The position numbers were made by a program, and so were the translations under genes. Below the pieces are notes generated by a model. The model worked only from the letters and a program-made list of their open reading frames with translations, was not told the DNA's origin and ran no database searches. 47,876 nucleotides of DNA. Source: a virus. Positions 1 through 11,146 of the stretch are shown piece after piece (within the stretch, counting starts at the first letter, position 1; each line of letters starts with the position of its first letter). Where the stretch lies: UHGV virus genome UHGV-0385110, one strand, 5' to 3'.

Positions 1-362
1 CTATTCTGGGGGTCATATCCCGTTACGGGGATTTTGAACGTCAGGGTGATTAACTGCCTTGTGCATGATGCGGGCAAAATAGCGCTATCTGGAAGCAGGA
101 CACGACCCAGATAATGACCAGTTGACTTAATGCCGCCGCCATCGTAATCCATTGCGTAGCCGACTGTTGCAGCGTCATCGGTATAGCAAAGGTTTTTCAC
201 AGTATCGTTGCTGGCGTAGCCGGATGTTTTATTTCCGCCGGGCCAAGTGCGACCAAAATCCAGCAGAAGACGACACGCATCGTTAATGGCTGCATCACGG
301 TACAGATACTCGCCGCTCGCCAGAGTGACATTTCCACGTTTCTCAAAAGGACCTGCTGTCAT
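1..362 (-). CDS. tail fibre-like protein, N-terminal 121 codons; ORF continues across the window boundary into 47408..47876
   Basis: ATG at 362 (MTAGPFEKRGNVTLASGEY...) stays open to position 1. The codon split across the ends (pos 2,1 + 47876) is in frame with the minus ORF ending at 47408. Minus-strand terminator lies after 47408. Confidence 0.5.
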   Translation of the reverse strand, partial: MTAGPFEKRGNVTLASGEYLYRDAAINDACRLLLDFGRTWPGGNKTSGYASNDTVKNLCYTDDAATVGYAMDYDGGGIKSTGHYLGRVLLPDSAILPASCTRQLITLTFKIPVTGYDPQN

Positions 363-377
363 ATCTATTACTCCGTA

Positions 378-2375
378 TTAAAGCCAGCCCTTGCTGACCA
401 TGAATTGATTAATGAAAATTGCGTTTACCTCAGTGCCAATGTACAGCGCGTTAGCCTGAAGTGTCTGGCTGGGATGTAGGTTGTCCTGCCGTAATGAGGT
501 CGGGGTGACGCCATTGGCAATGTCAGTCACATCCTGTGCGTAAGCTGGGTTGTAGTGATTTTTGAAGTTCTGCAACAGGTCAACACCGTCGATTTCGCAG
601 TAGTTTCCTGGGTAGAGTCGTTTCAGTTCTGAGTTCAGGTACGTGATCTGCGCCTGCCCTGCTGTGCCGTTAACTTCGGTGGCTGTCGGGAATTCCGGCA
701 ACACGACAAAGCGGCGGTTTTGCCGGGTCAGTTTGTCAGTGATGGCCTTCATGTCGCTGAGTATTTGCATAATGGAAGAGGCATTATTGCGGCCAATCCA
801 TAGGATATTAATAGACTCACGGTGCTGGTCATAGCGGGTCGCCAGCGGAATATCGCCGATTTCTCTGGTGGTATATGGATATACAATCAACGGCGTCGGC
901 CCGGTGACACTGACAGCGCTCCCCGCTTCTGCGCGGGTGAATATCATCTCGGTCCCGGTCCAGTTAATGACACCATCAACACCAGCGAGGGAGCACCGCA
1001 GGCCGTCATTCGCCGCAACATCACCAACAATCTGCAATGGGCCAGGTTGTGCTGGCGTCAGCGTCACATCGCCTGACTCGGGAATAACGCCGCCAACGGG
1101 CTGGTAGTTTTTGGTGTAAGCGCCGTTTCTCAGTGCAATTGCTACCGACGTCGCACCGGATCGCCCGAAGTTGTAGGCCGGATAGCCTGTCAGTTGGCTC
1201 AGTTTCAGGCTGAAAGAGGTATTGTTACCGATGAAGGAATGCCCCCACAGCGCGAGCGTCTTACGACCGTACTCTGAAACGGGCAGCCAGGCGTTATATG
1301 GGCACATGATCTCTCCGGCGACAGCATCTGATGATGGGGAATTGAAAACGAAATAGTCAGGTTCGTTACGAACATTTGTGAAGTCGGTGTCTGTAGCGAA
1401 TACCGCCATGCTCGATGTTTCGAGGTTCAGCACCTTTAGATTATTGTCATCAACGAATGCGCGGAAGTTTCCCTCCTCTTCCTTTGGGTACACCTCACCG
1501 TCACTGGACAGCCCTTCGATAATACGGTTGTTCTCATCCAGAACACCGGATACGAGTACGCTGCCTTCAAATTCGGATGCGTCCACTAAATACGACTGAT
1601 ACGGCACTCCCGCGATTGTCAGGTTTTCAACATCAATAGCATTGGCTAGTAAAGCCCCCAACGTCACGTTTTTAAAGTATGCCCGGTCGCCAATCCACCC
1701 CATCATCCAGCGCAGATTTTCAGACACTAATGCGCTGTCAAATCGCGCTCCCGCGTACTCATCTGAATCGAGATAGTCAACGTTATCGACACTTTTGACC
1801 GGAACGCCGTTGATAGTGACCTGCCCCGCCTCAATCTCTTCGACATCCGCCTTCTCGGCGGTCAAATTCCCCGTTACGACAAGATTTTTTAACCACAGAA
1901 CATCAGCTACCCACTTCCATAACCAACGCCCGGCACTGTCCATTCCGGCAGAATCGGCGCCAGAACCCTCATACTCATCATCTGAAACGTAGGAGACTAG
2001 TTTCAGCAGGTTTATAAGCGGCTCTATTGATTCCTGGGACGGCATTTTGCGCCCTGTGGCTTCCAGCGTTCCACCGTTGTTGATGTACTCGTCTGCCAGC
2101 GAGCTACCATCTGCGCTGCGGACGTAGGTTGTGGAGCCGACGGGGATATTCGCTATATCTGCCTGTGCTGCTGCCAGAGTCATGTACTGCTTACCAAGAG
2201 GAATGAGGTTTTTCCTCACGCCATCAATTGTGTATCTTTGGACACCGAATCTGTCGCTGTACTTCTCGCTATCTGAATTTATAATCTGATCAACTTTTTC
2301 GCAGTTGAATCTGAAGTCATTTAGGTCATTCGACGGGACTGGCTTGTTAGTTGGGGTAGTAGCCATCGGCTGCAA
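378..2375 (-). CDS. tail fibre / tailspike with C-terminal SGNH (GDSL-family) esterase-like domain
   Basis: 665 aa. N-terminal region typical of phage fibre/spike anchors. C-terminal about 300 aa carries SGNH blocks: GHS (Ser nucleophile, ..LALWGHSFIG..), GRSG, GRNN (GxND-like) and DNLHP (DxxH). Sits at the distal end of the tail module. Confidence 0.55.
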   Translation of the reverse strand: MQPMATTPTNKPVPSNDLNDFRFNCEKVDQIINSDSEKYSDRFGVQRYTIDGVRKNLIPLGKQYMTLAAAQADIANIPVGSTTYVRSADGSSLADEYINNGGTLEATGRKMPSQESIEPLINLLKLVSYVSDDEYEGSGADSAGMDSAGRWLWKWVADVLWLKNLVVTGNLTAEKADVEEIEAGQVTINGVPVKSVDNVDYLDSDEYAGARFDSALVSENLRWMMGWIGDRAYFKNVTLGALLANAIDVENLTIAGVPYQSYLVDASEFEGSVLVSGVLDENNRIIEGLSSDGEVYPKEEEGNFRAFVDDNNLKVLNLETSSMAVFATDTDFTNVRNEPDYFVFNSPSSDAVAGEIMCPYNAWLPVSEYGRKTLALWGHSFIGNNTSFSLKLSQLTGYPAYNFGRSGATSVAIALRNGAYTKNYQPVGGVIPESGDVTLTPAQPGPLQIVGDVAANDGLRCSLAGVDGVINWTGTEMIFTRAEAGSAVSVTGPTPLIVYPYTTREIGDIPLATRYDQHRESINILWIGRNNASSIMQILSDMKAITDKLTRQNRRFVVLPEFPTATEVNGTAGQAQITYLNSELKRLYPGNYCEIDGVDLLQNFKNHYNPAYAQDVTDIANGVTPTSLRQDNLHPSQTLQANALYIGTEVNAIFINQFMVSKGWL

Positions 2376-2404
2376 TCTCCGTAATCATTAATCGCCCTAT
2401 TGTA

Positions 2405-4885
2405 TCATGCAACGGGATTGGTGTAGGCGTACATAGCGTCATTGTACTCAGTTACTGTAAGAGACACTGTGCCATCTGTGCCCGGAGTTTTCTGGCTAAC
2501 TGTCCATAACGTCGAATCAAGTTCAACCTCTGTAGAGATGGCATATCTTGATTCTGACTGAACATTAACACCATCGAAAATATTTAACGCGAAATCGGAT
2601 GGCAATGCGCACTCGAATGTGTTCAACCCGGTAACAGTGCAAGCCAGACGTTCTGAAACATTCCCATTGGCGCCAGTAATAACTACAAACAGGCCGCTTC
2701 CTGCTGTGAGTTGCTCACTGGTGGTAAATACGTTTCCAGACCTTGAGCGGATAACTCCTGTTTGTTGTACTGAATCATAAATGTCAACAACGGAAATCAT
2801 ATCGCCAACGTTCACCCACTCGCCATCAGCAAGCGCTTTTATCTCCATTCCGCGACGTGAGTACATCAGACGATTGCACTCAAGCATGGCTCGGTCTGTC
2901 GCCTGATACAGGTTTCGAACATAAAGCATGTCGAACTTTTTTGGCTTTGTTGGCTCTCCCGGCTCTATGCCGGATGCGCCAACTTTATAATAAATATATG
3001 CCTGTTTGTTAGTGTTTGGGTCTCGGTACTGAACACTTACACCATCATATGAGCCAGGCAAAGTCATGTCATAAGACATTTTATAACCATCTGCCTGTGT
3101 GTTCCTGGTATTGAACACTGTTTCAGGCGTTGATTTTTGTTCATCTCTTGAAAAAGATAAAACGCCATCATCCCAAAACACAGTCACGCGAGCCGCATCG
3201 CAGATGGTCTGAATTCGCTCACCAATAGATTTATCCTCATCGTCAAAGGTGTAATCAAAATACCCAAGGCGCGCATCAGGCAGTACGTCGGCTATCTCAT
3301 AAAGTCTGGCAATGTCAATGGTGCTTTCAGGTTGACCGGCAGTGATTAGCCAGTTATGCAGCACTGAATCTGCAAAACTTCTTGATGGCGTTAATGTGTA
3401 ATCTACCTCTCCAGTCGCTCTGTTATATCCAATCGTCCAGCGGGTGATCAGCGCATTATATTTGCGCTCAGATACCGATGTTGGCTGGAGGGTGGCCTTC
3501 ACTGTCACTTTAACCAGAGTGTCATCTGGATAAACCACGTTTTCACGGATATTGATGGCATGCGCTGCCTGCAACGTTACGCGGTTGCCAGAGTTTGAGT
3601 TGTTTGTCCTTTCAATGCTGATGGCATATTTAGCCAGACCATAAGTAGGCGTTAACTTATACGTGCGGTAATAGGTTTTTGTTGTCTGATTGAATGGGTT
3701 GTCAATGCTGTCTGCGAGCTGTTCCTCAGTGCCGGAGATAGCATCCCCATTATCATCGACAGCCCATACCTTGATCAGATAATCGGCCGTGCCGCTGGTA
3801 GGCCCAAGCTCCGACTGAACGTGAACCCATACCTGCGTTGATTCCACGGCTCCAACATATGGGCCAACAACAAGCGCCTCATTATCCACAATCTGGAAAT
3901 AAGTGTTATTGATGGTTGCGCCGCTCAGGTTGCCAAGATTTGCGCCTGTCAGGTTATTAAAGGTGAAGTTATAAAAATACTGAATATCAGGAGCGACCCC
4001 TGTTTCGGTTTCCTCAGCTGAGATGATATTGCCACTGAGTTCAATGTTTTTTGTTACATGGCCAGATGTTGTATTGTAAGTAATATTTATTGTTAATGTT
4101 ACTGAATGAGGAAGAGATAGCCCCATGAAGTAATCGAAATCAGTGTTTTTTGGTATGACCATCAACAGCTGGCCGCCAGCATAATTTCCACTGGTAACAG
4201 ATGTCGTGGTTGCCGTCTCTATCGGGGTATCTTCTGATTCGTTCAGCCCTGGAACCTCCTGACCATCAAGCCCGTCGAACTGGTAAGGCTCTATGATTTG
4301 CCCGATCACATCGCCTGGATTGTAGATGACATGAGTGGCGCCGGGCAGAGAACCAAGATTAGTTTCCGCATAGCGAACCGATGAAATGGTGTATTTCCCA
4401 AGGCCAAAGTTCATGAACTCGGTGACATACTTCAGATCGTCAATGTATTCAAAAAGCGATTCCTGAATCAGGTCAGGGAATGCCCTTATCTGTCCGAAGT
4501 TGTCAGGTCTTGCCTCTCCATTTCGCGCAATATTGGTTTGCGATTTCAGGCTGTTATTGGGTGATTCAACCGTCGAACCAGTGCTGGTTGATGGCGTTGA
4601 TGCTTTTGGCAGCAGGAAAGAAAGAACCTTAGTTACAGGCTTGAGTATCGCGCTGATAAGGTCGCCAATGGCGCCGCGAGGCTGGCAGTAAATGTTAACA
4701 ATATCGTTTTGTTTTAACGATATCGAAAGCTCATCATCAGGGCCAAACATGTGGCCATTCAGCGCAATCCTGATATCAGATGGAAGGCCGGAATTCTCCA
4801 GCCACCTCCACAGATTAGTGCCAGCAGGAACATTACCCGTCTCTTTTGGAACACCTGGCATCTTCTGAATGTGAATAACCGGCAT
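2405..4885 (-). CDS. central tail tip / host-specificity protein (lambda J-like)
   Basis: 826 aa. Position immediately downstream of K-like gene. Large beta-rich protein at the end of the minor-tail series. Confidence 0.55.
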   Translation of the reverse strand: MPVIHIQKMPGVPKETGNVPAGTNLWRWLENSGLPSDIRIALNGHMFGPDDELSISLKQNDIVNIYCQPRGAIGDLISAILKPVTKVLSFLLPKASTPSTSTGSTVESPNNSLKSQTNIARNGEARPDNFGQIRAFPDLIQESLFEYIDDLKYVTEFMNFGLGKYTISSVRYAETNLGSLPGATHVIYNPGDVIGQIIEPYQFDGLDGQEVPGLNESEDTPIETATTTSVTSGNYAGGQLLMVIPKNTDFDYFMGLSLPHSVTLTINITYNTTSGHVTKNIELSGNIISAEETETGVAPDIQYFYNFTFNNLTGANLGNLSGATINNTYFQIVDNEALVVGPYVGAVESTQVWVHVQSELGPTSGTADYLIKVWAVDDNGDAISGTEEQLADSIDNPFNQTTKTYYRTYKLTPTYGLAKYAISIERTNNSNSGNRVTLQAAHAINIRENVVYPDDTLVKVTVKATLQPTSVSERKYNALITRWTIGYNRATGEVDYTLTPSRSFADSVLHNWLITAGQPESTIDIARLYEIADVLPDARLGYFDYTFDDEDKSIGERIQTICDAARVTVFWDDGVLSFSRDEQKSTPETVFNTRNTQADGYKMSYDMTLPGSYDGVSVQYRDPNTNKQAYIYYKVGASGIEPGEPTKPKKFDMLYVRNLYQATDRAMLECNRLMYSRRGMEIKALADGEWVNVGDMISVVDIYDSVQQTGVIRSRSGNVFTTSEQLTAGSGLFVVITGANGNVSERLACTVTGLNTFECALPSDFALNIFDGVNVQSESRYAISTEVELDSTLWTVSQKTPGTDGTVSLTVTEYNDAMYAYTNPVA

Positions 4886-5312
4886 AAGTCAGGAACCTTA
4901 ATTTTGTTGATAATTTTTCGAGTGTTTTAAGGCGGTCTGTCTTGACTGCCGTTTTCTCTCGCGCATGCAGTATTTTATCACGCCCCCACCACAGCGCGAC
5001 ATGTACCGGATGACTCCCGCGATAGGCCACCACCACATCGCCAGTTTTGGGATGGTCGGTGTCTTTCCAGAATGAAACTTCTCCATTGAAACAAGTGACA
5101 AAATCGCCGCCACTTGAATATGAGTCATCATTATGAACATTGATATGCATACAAAGACGATAGAACAGCACTACCAGACCCCAGCAGTCCACTGCATCAA
5201 CGTGACAACACCTGTCGACGTATGGTTTACCAGTCATCATTCTTTCAAAATCGTCAAACGGTACGCAGTCCGGGGAATTCTGTGATGTCATAAAGTTTTG
5301 CCACGTTGCCAT
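4833..5312 (-). CDS. tail assembly protein, NlpC/P60-like peptidase fold (lambda K-like)
   Basis: 159 aa. Cys/His motif (..VDCWGLV.. / ..HVALWWG..). Overlaps neighbours as in lambda L-K-(I)-J. Confidence 0.5.
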   Translation of the reverse strand: MATWQNFMTSQNSPDCVPFDDFERMMTGKPYVDRCCHVDAVDCWGLVVLFYRLCMHINVHNDDSYSSGGDFVTCFNGEVSFWKDTDHPKTGDVVVAYRGSHPVHVALWWGRDKILHAREKTAVKTDRLKTLEKLSTKLRFLTYAGYSHSEDARCSKRDG

Positions 5313-5724
5313 TGATTGGGTTTTTTATGGAGATGGAGACAGTTACATCGGACTGATCAAGCGTCACATCGTTCACATAAAGCGTATATGGTTTTAATGG
5401 TGTGTCTTTATCAGTCTCGTCAAAGCGCTGGTATAACGCAGTGATAGGCTCAATGCGTCCAGAACCTGACCATAACTTTAAATATTGCTTAAAGTCATTA
5501 GCCAGCCTTGCAAACTTCAGCGTGGCATTGATTACCGGTGTGTTCGATTGCTGACTTCTGGTTACATCCATGCGCACTGGCTGGTAGGTATGGCCGCCAA
5601 GAACAACATCAGAGAACTCGTTGCCAACCAGCCGGACGTAACCAAATGAAGAGTGATAAAAGGTTATGGTGTCATACAGCTTCCAGTTTGGCCTTTTTGA
5701 CTGGTATTCACGCAATGTTGGCAT
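5254..5724 (-). CDS. minor tail protein (L-like position)
   Basis: 156 aa. Gene order between M-like and K-like. Overlapping starts and stops. Confidence 0.4.
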   Translation of the reverse strand: MPTLREYQSKRPNWKLYDTITFYHSSFGYVRLVGNEFSDVVLGGHTYQPVRMDVTRSQQSNTPVINATLKFARLANDFKQYLKLWSGSGRIEPITALYQRFDETDKDTPLKPYTLYVNDVTLDQSDVTVSISIKNPINGNVAKLYDITEFPGLRTV

Positions 5725-6194
5725 TATGGATACTCCGGCAAATCTCTGTTAACGACTTCATCAAGCCATGAAAACCATCTCTCATCAAGCTCAACGAGAA
5801 CATCATCAAATTCATCCATAGAGTTATTGAGAGTTTTACAGATGACATTTCCAGTCCATGTAACGATGCCGCCATTGATGCTTGTCTGCACGGGGTAATC
5901 AGTAAAGTGCAAAGTCTGATTCTGTAATCCGCTGCCACCAAGGTCGATATCCATCGTGAACCATTCATTGCAATGGTTGAGGTAGTTTGGGCTTCTCAGC
6001 CATTGGAGAAATGCCCTTTCCTGCCTGAGAGTAAGGACCCACGTAAGGCTCCATGTTACTGCAACATCGGTAGTTAATTTTTGAAAAATCGGCGCCCCAA
6101 CCGCAGGCTGATCGCTACGGAATGGGGTTTGAGTCGTCATATTCTTGCTGGCACGCTGAGCAAGCGGTAGCCATGATGGATAAGCTATAGCCAT
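5724..6194 (-). CDS. minor tail protein (M-like position)
   Basis: 156 aa. Directly downstream of tape measure gene, ATGA-type junction. Confidence 0.35.
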   Translation of the reverse strand: MAIAYPSWLPLAQRASKNMTTQTPFRSDQPAVGAPIFQKLTTDVAVTWSLTWVLTLRQERAFLQWLRSPNYLNHCNEWFTMDIDLGGSGLQNQTLHFTDYPVQTSINGGIVTWTGNVICKTLNNSMDEFDDVLVELDERWFSWLDEVVNRDLPEYP

Positions 6195-9100
6195 TATTCT
6201 GTTGCCCTTCTGGTTGCAGTGGTATGGCTGGTAATAGCGTTTGATATCGGCCCGCCAGCCTCGATATCTGCCACAATCGTCTCAATTGTAACAGACCCAT
6301 CGCCATTATCTCTTGCGGTTGATGATGTAGTTGCTCCACTGCTAGTATTGGTTACGTTATTATAAATAACGATACCACTGCCACCGCCGGTAAGGTCTTT
6401 ATTGCTGATAACCTTACCTGAATCTCCGGGAATCATATACTGCTTTCCTGTGCTTGCCTGGAATATTTCAGGGAGGTTATTCTCACCTACCTGATACATT
6501 GAGCCAGCCTGCGCAGGCCCACCATTCTTCAGCGCTCCGGCAATCGACATGGCTTTAGCCACACCAACGGTGGAAACAATGCCAGCCTGTGCAGGGATTG
6601 CGTTCGCACCAGCTGTAGCAAGTGAGGTCATTGCTGCTGCTGGAGCCATAGCCGCTGCGATTAGCTGGGCCTGAGTCGCTGCCATCGCTGAGGCTGCGGT
6701 CATCCCAACCTGACCCATAATCACCGATTTAAGCCACTCCACGCCCATCTGAACGAATGAGTTAATCACAGCGTTCAACACGGTGCTGCCGATTGACTGT
6801 AGCGCCTCGCTAACAGACATTGATCCCGTCAGAACGCCAGTTAAGGCATTGCTTGCGGTTTGCCCAAAAGCATCAAATGCTGCGGCCGCCGCTTGTGTGG
6901 CTGCGTTCTGCTGGCTCCATTCCTGCCACATAGCATCAAGGCGCTGCTGTCGGTATTGCTCCTCAATTGCTGCTCTGGCCTGCTCAACATCCGCTATCTT
7001 TTGCGGGTAAGCTACCGCGTAAGCATTGAGCGCTGCTAAATCCTTCTGGTAATTTGTTTCAACGGCAAACATTGGGGATGTCTGCGATTTTAATGCAGCG
7101 AATCCCTTGACAGCTTCTACCCTTTGTTTCTCTGCCTCTGCCTGAGCCTTGAGTGCGTTGGCATTATCCCATGCCTTGGCCGCATATTGCCCGGCAAGGT
7201 TAATTTGCTCCTGAGTGGCTCCCTTACCAAGGGATTGCTGAGCAGCCAGTATTGACTGTTCGCGGCTAAGCTCTCTTGTACTTTCAGCGGTAAGCAATGA
7301 CTTCTGGCGAAGCTGCTCAAGTTTATTGGCGATATTCTCCTGCTCTGTGGCTGCCTTGTTGGCCGCTGACTGAGAATCATTTTGCGCTTTCTCTCTTGCT
7401 TTCTCAGCCTCATTTAAATCATATATCTGCCCTGCAAGCTCACCAGCTCTGGCTATCTGATTGGGGTTATCAGTTACCTTTTGAGCCTCCAGTCGTGCTT
7501 TTGTTACCGCCCTTTGTCTTTCGTCCTGTATTTTTAAAAGCTGATTCTGCTCCTCAAGACTGAGAATCATCTTATCAGCTTCTTTTGTTGGGGCTGACAC
7601 CTGCAAAGATTTGGGGTTGAAGTTTTGCCCGGCTTGGTTAGCTCGATTTATCTCATCAGCAGTCAAGCCAAATGCTCTTGCCACCGCTCCTTGCACCCTC
7701 TCAAGAGTCGAGCCTTTCTCAATCAGGCCATCATGCACACCCATTGATGTGAGCATATTGTTTGTTAGGGTTCTGCTTGCTTCTGCTGCCGTGTCCTGAG
7801 TTCTTGCTAGTTTATCCTGGGCGTCAGCTAAATCTCTTGATGCTTTATTTAATTTATTGAGTACTGATTCCTGGTCTGAAGCAAATTGCGACCCTTGACC
7901 AAGAGATTCTGCCACCTCTTGCGCGGCAGGAGTGAAGCTGAGATACCTATCACGAAGTGTGTCAACTTCACTTTGCAGATTTCTCACAACATCCTTTTGC
8001 GCCGAAATTGAAATATTGGCGTCAGCTATCGCCCCCCTGAGTTGGGTATTATTCATCGCCTTCATTGAGGCGTTTACTTTGTCCAGACTATCGGCAAAGC
8101 GGATTGCTTCTTCTTTGGCTTGCTGTGCTTTCTGCCAAAAGTAAAATATTGCCCCCGCCGCTAACATCGCCGCGCCTGCTGGGCCGCCTATCAATGAAAG
8201 CGCACCTCTGGCAAGTCCAATCCCTACTGATGCAGCGCTTGCCGCGGATGCCGCTCGCGCTGATGCGGCAGCCTGTGAGTTTTCAGCCTGAGCAAGCGAT
8301 AGTGACGCGGCACTAGCTCTTGATTTTGCCGCAACCAAAGCATCAAGAGCCAGCGCCTCGGCTGCACTTCCTTTTGCTACGTTATATTCGGCCTGAGCAA
8401 GCGACAGAGATGATAGCGCCGCCTCTTTATCAGCTAAAGCCTTCCTCTGCGCGGAATTTGCAGCCACAAGTGCTGATTGTGCCTGCTGGTTCTCAGCTAT
8501 TAATTGCTGTCTTGATGCTGCTATATCTGATATTTTCGCGGCAGTGGACATTGCCAGCGCGCCAACATAACGGCTCCCCATTACGCCAGCTACAATGGTT
8601 AGCGCTGTACCGAGAGCCTGAATGTTTTCACTGGCCAGTATCACTGAGTCGCTAAAGATTTTTACGCCTGTTTTTACCGTTGCGTTTTCCCCAAAGAATC
8701 TTGCAACGTTATTTCCGGCTATCTCCAGAGACTGGCTGATGGTAGAAGTTGTTTTGGCGAACTCTCTCCCAATACTGTCTCCCTGCGAAAGAAGGCCATT
8801 AACTATAACATCAGTTGTCAGCTTCCCTTGCGCAGCCATATTTCTAAGCTCACCGATACCAACGCCCAGAGAGTCGGCAAGAGCTATCATGAGCCGGTTG
8901 CCCTGCTCGTTTACTGAGTTGAACTCATCTCCTCGAAGGGCGCCAGATGCCATGCCTTGTGCAAGCTGTATAATTGCGTTGCTCGCCTCCTCAGCTGACG
9001 CGCCGGATACAACAAAACCCTGATTGATTATTGTTGTCAGCCTTGTCAGGTCTTCCACGCTTGCACCATAGCTTCTGGTAGACCTCTCAAGTCTGGCGTA

Positions 9101-9487
9101 CAAGGTGGCCGTTGCGTCAAGTCCTGAGCGTGTTTTCTGCGCGATATCAAAAACACGATTAGTTACATCGGCAAGGGTTTCAAACGGCGGAACCGAATCT
9201 CTCACGGCGTTAGAGAGTTTGTTACTCATATCCTGCCACGCCTGAGCGTAGGCGCCAACCTGTTGCACGGAAAGTGCTGCAAGCAAGCCTTTTGCGACAC
9301 CAGTGAGGCTCGACATGGTTCCTTCCATTGAGCTTATAGAGCGCTCCGTCCTGTTTACACTGGCCTCGAGCCGTCCCATGTTCCCACTGAGGTCATTTAG
9401 CATCGACTCTATTTCACGACTTCCAGCTGCTAACTGAGATGTGTCAATGCCAACCTCATAGACAATGCCGCCAACTTCTTCTGCCAT
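6194..9487 (-). CDS. tail tape measure protein
   Basis: 1097 aa. Ala/Gln-rich heptad coiled-coil stretches, C-terminal Gly/Ser-rich tail. Between chaperone and minor tail genes. Confidence 0.8.
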   Translation of the reverse strand: MAEEVGGIVYEVGIDTSQLAAGSREIESMLNDLSGNMGRLEASVNRTERSISSMEGTMSSLTGVAKGLLAALSVQQVGAYAQAWQDMSNKLSNAVRDSVPPFETLADVTNRVFDIAQKTRSGLDATATLYARLERSTRSYGASVEDLTRLTTIINQGFVVSGASAEEASNAIIQLAQGMASGALRGDEFNSVNEQGNRLMIALADSLGVGIGELRNMAAQGKLTTDVIVNGLLSQGDSIGREFAKTTSTISQSLEIAGNNVARFFGENATVKTGVKIFSDSVILASENIQALGTALTIVAGVMGSRYVGALAMSTAAKISDIAASRQQLIAENQQAQSALVAANSAQRKALADKEAALSSLSLAQAEYNVAKGSAAEALALDALVAAKSRASAASLSLAQAENSQAAASARAASAASAASVGIGLARGALSLIGGPAGAAMLAAGAIFYFWQKAQQAKEEAIRFADSLDKVNASMKAMNNTQLRGAIADANISISAQKDVVRNLQSEVDTLRDRYLSFTPAAQEVAESLGQGSQFASDQESVLNKLNKASRDLADAQDKLARTQDTAAEASRTLTNNMLTSMGVHDGLIEKGSTLERVQGAVARAFGLTADEINRANQAGQNFNPKSLQVSAPTKEADKMILSLEEQNQLLKIQDERQRAVTKARLEAQKVTDNPNQIARAGELAGQIYDLNEAEKAREKAQNDSQSAANKAATEQENIANKLEQLRQKSLLTAESTRELSREQSILAAQQSLGKGATQEQINLAGQYAAKAWDNANALKAQAEAEKQRVEAVKGFAALKSQTSPMFAVETNYQKDLAALNAYAVAYPQKIADVEQARAAIEEQYRQQRLDAMWQEWSQQNAATQAAAAAFDAFGQTASNALTGVLTGSMSVSEALQSIGSTVLNAVINSFVQMGVEWLKSVIMGQVGMTAASAMAATQAQLIAAAMAPAAAMTSLATAGANAIPAQAGIVSTVGVAKAMSIAGALKNGGPAQAGSMYQVGENNLPEIFQASTGKQYMIPGDSGKVISNKDLTGGGSGIVIYNNVTNTSSGATTSSTARDNGDGSVTIETIVADIEAGGPISNAITSHTTATRRATE

Positions 9488-10194
9488 TATTTTGCTCCTT
9501 TGCTTTTAGCGGCCTTTCTGGCGGCTTTTTCTTTCAGTTTCTGTTTATTCAGCTTGGCCCGCTCATAAGACGCATCATACTGCTCGCGCGTCATGCCTTC
9601 CGGTTCCGGGTATTTTGATTTTATCATCTGCTGATACTCGGTCATGGTCAGGTCTTCGGCTTCCTCACGGGTGATTCCGAAATGGGTGCGAGCTGAGATG
9701 ATGTAATCCGACATTCTCAGCTCACTGGTTGTGCGCTTTTGGTTTTCCGAGCGCTGAGGAACCTTGAGCGGAGACTTGCCGATGATGCCATGCTCCATCA
9801 GGTTTCGAGCAATAATAATAATGTCATTTACGGGCATTCTTCCGGTGACGTACTTCACACCGCGTGGCGTTGCCTTCCATGACCCAATGAGCACAGAAAT
9901 ATCATCATCGCAACAGGACTGCATGATTAGACAGGCGGCACTGAGCACTTTCTTACCATAGGCAGGGCGTGACAGGATTTTTGCTACCTGAATCTGCGCG
10001 CCATATGGCATTGACTGAATTGCTCCGAGTATGGCCGCGTATTCATAGCCATTAAGCGTAGCGTACAGCTCGACAATCTCTTTCGGTGAGCCAAGCTCGT
10101 TCATCGCCGCAAATGATGGTTTGAAGAAAAAAGACTTGTCAGCCAGGGAGATGCGCATCTCTCCGATTTCAGTTAGCGGTGTGCGTTGTCTCAT
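9487..10194 (-). CDS. tail assembly chaperone (putative)
   Basis: 235 aa, basic C-terminus (KKAARKAAKSKGAK). Located between major tail protein and tape measure. Stop overlaps tape measure start. Confidence 0.4.
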   Translation of the reverse strand: MRQRTPLTEIGEMRISLADKSFFFKPSFAAMNELGSPKEIVELYATLNGYEYAAILGAIQSMPYGAQIQVAKILSRPAYGKKVLSAACLIMQSCCDDDISVLIGSWKATPRGVKYVTGRMPVNDIIIIARNLMEHGIIGKSPLKVPQRSENQKRTTSELRMSDYIISARTHFGITREEAEDLTMTEYQQMIKSKYPEPEGMTREQYDASYERAKLNKQKLKEKAARKAAKSKGAK

Positions 10195-10231
10195 GATGGA
10201 ATCCTGTTTTCACAATGACGTAATTATACCA

Positions 10232-10261
10232 TTGACAGGGGATGCAAAGCTGACGTAGATT
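10232..10261 (+). promoter_or_regulatory. sigma70-like promoter TTGACA-18-TAGATT; the 12-mer ctGACGTAGATT at 10250..10261 overlaps it
   Basis: TTGACA 10232-10237, TAGATT 10256-10261. Heads the plus-strand HNH/methyltransferase island. Confidence 0.45.
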
Positions 10262-10412
10262 GAAAGCATAAGGTGATTGAGGGTTTGATATATGAACGAG
10301 AATGATGCTGATTTGAGATTTTACATCGACCTGTATGTTGATTGCGGGTTTACCTATGATGAGGCCGAGTTGATGGCGAAAAAATTACTTGCAATGGTAG
10401 GGGTGACATTCG

Positions 10413-10898
10413 ATGAAGATAACTGATTGGTCAGATATTTTTTATTATTGCGATGGGGCTATTTACTGGAAGATAAGAACCTCAAACAGAGTGAAAATCG
10501 GAAGCGAGGTGAAGGCGGTAGGAGGTAATGGATATAAGATTGTTGGAATATATGGCGTCAAGTATCTTGTTCATCGCATCATCTGGGAAATGCATAATGG
10601 GAAAATTCCTGACGGAATGCAGATTGATCATATAGACCACAACAAAACAAACAATAAGATAGATAACCTCAGGCTTGTCACTCCAAAAGAGAATAATCAC
10701 AACATGAAGTTCAGGGTAACAAACAAATCAGGTGTTACTGGTGTTTCATGGGATAAACAACATAAAAAATGGGCCTCAAACATAAAAGTTGATGGTGTAA
10801 AGATTCATCTTGGATTGTTTTCTGATTTAAATATGGCCGCTGAAGCAAGGAGAAAGGCGGAAGTTAAATATAATTTTCATGAGAACCATGGTAAATGA
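10413..10898 (+). CDS. HNH homing endonuclease with AP2-like DNA-binding domain
   Basis: 161 aa. ..IDHIDHNKTNNKIDNLRLVTPKENNHN.. HNH motif. C-terminal ..VTGVSWDKQHKKWASNIKVDGVKIHLGLF.. AP2-type domain. Confidence 0.8.
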   Translation: MKITDWSDIFYYCDGAIYWKIRTSNRVKIGSEVKAVGGNGYKIVGIYGVKYLVHRIIWEMHNGKIPDGMQIDHIDHNKTNNKIDNLRLVTPKENNHNMKFRVTNKSGVTGVSWDKQHKKWASNIKVDGVKIHLGLFSDLNMAAEARRKAEVKYNFHENHGK

Positions 10899-11146
10899 TG
10901 ATGGATAACGAAAACCGCTACACCTGTGAGCAGTATCTCGATGCACTGGTAACACTGGAATTATCCGCAAAATTTGCCATGGTCGAGCGTCGCCCGGTAA
11001 ATGGCAGCATCAAAGCGTGCTGGCAGGCTATCAGGCCGCGAGTGACCAATGAACTTAACAGGAAGATTTTCGACGGCGTGAGCCGCCAGGCTATGCCACA
11101 TGGTGCGCTGTGCATGTTGCGCCGACAGCTTGATGAGTGTGTATGA
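10895..11146 (+). CDS. hypothetical protein
   Basis: 83 aa, ATGA overlap with HNH gene, translationally coupled to following gene. Confidence 0.4.
   Translation: MMMDNENRYTCEQYLDALVTLELSAKFAMVERRPVNGSIKACWQAIRPRVTNELNRKIFDGVSRQAMPHGALCMLRRQLDECV

Noticed and set aside
6783-9023. Several 60-130-aa plus-strand ORFs inside the tape measure gene
   Set aside because: Antisense to a long, clearly coding Ala-rich gene. Compositionally biased, no start signals.
10112-10126. In-frame slippery heptamer T_TTT_TTC in the tail chaperone gene (minus strand, codons FFF)
   Set aside because: Lies only about 23 codons from the start. G/GT-type frameshifts occur near the 3-prime end of the chaperone gene, and no extended minus-strand ORF exists downstream.
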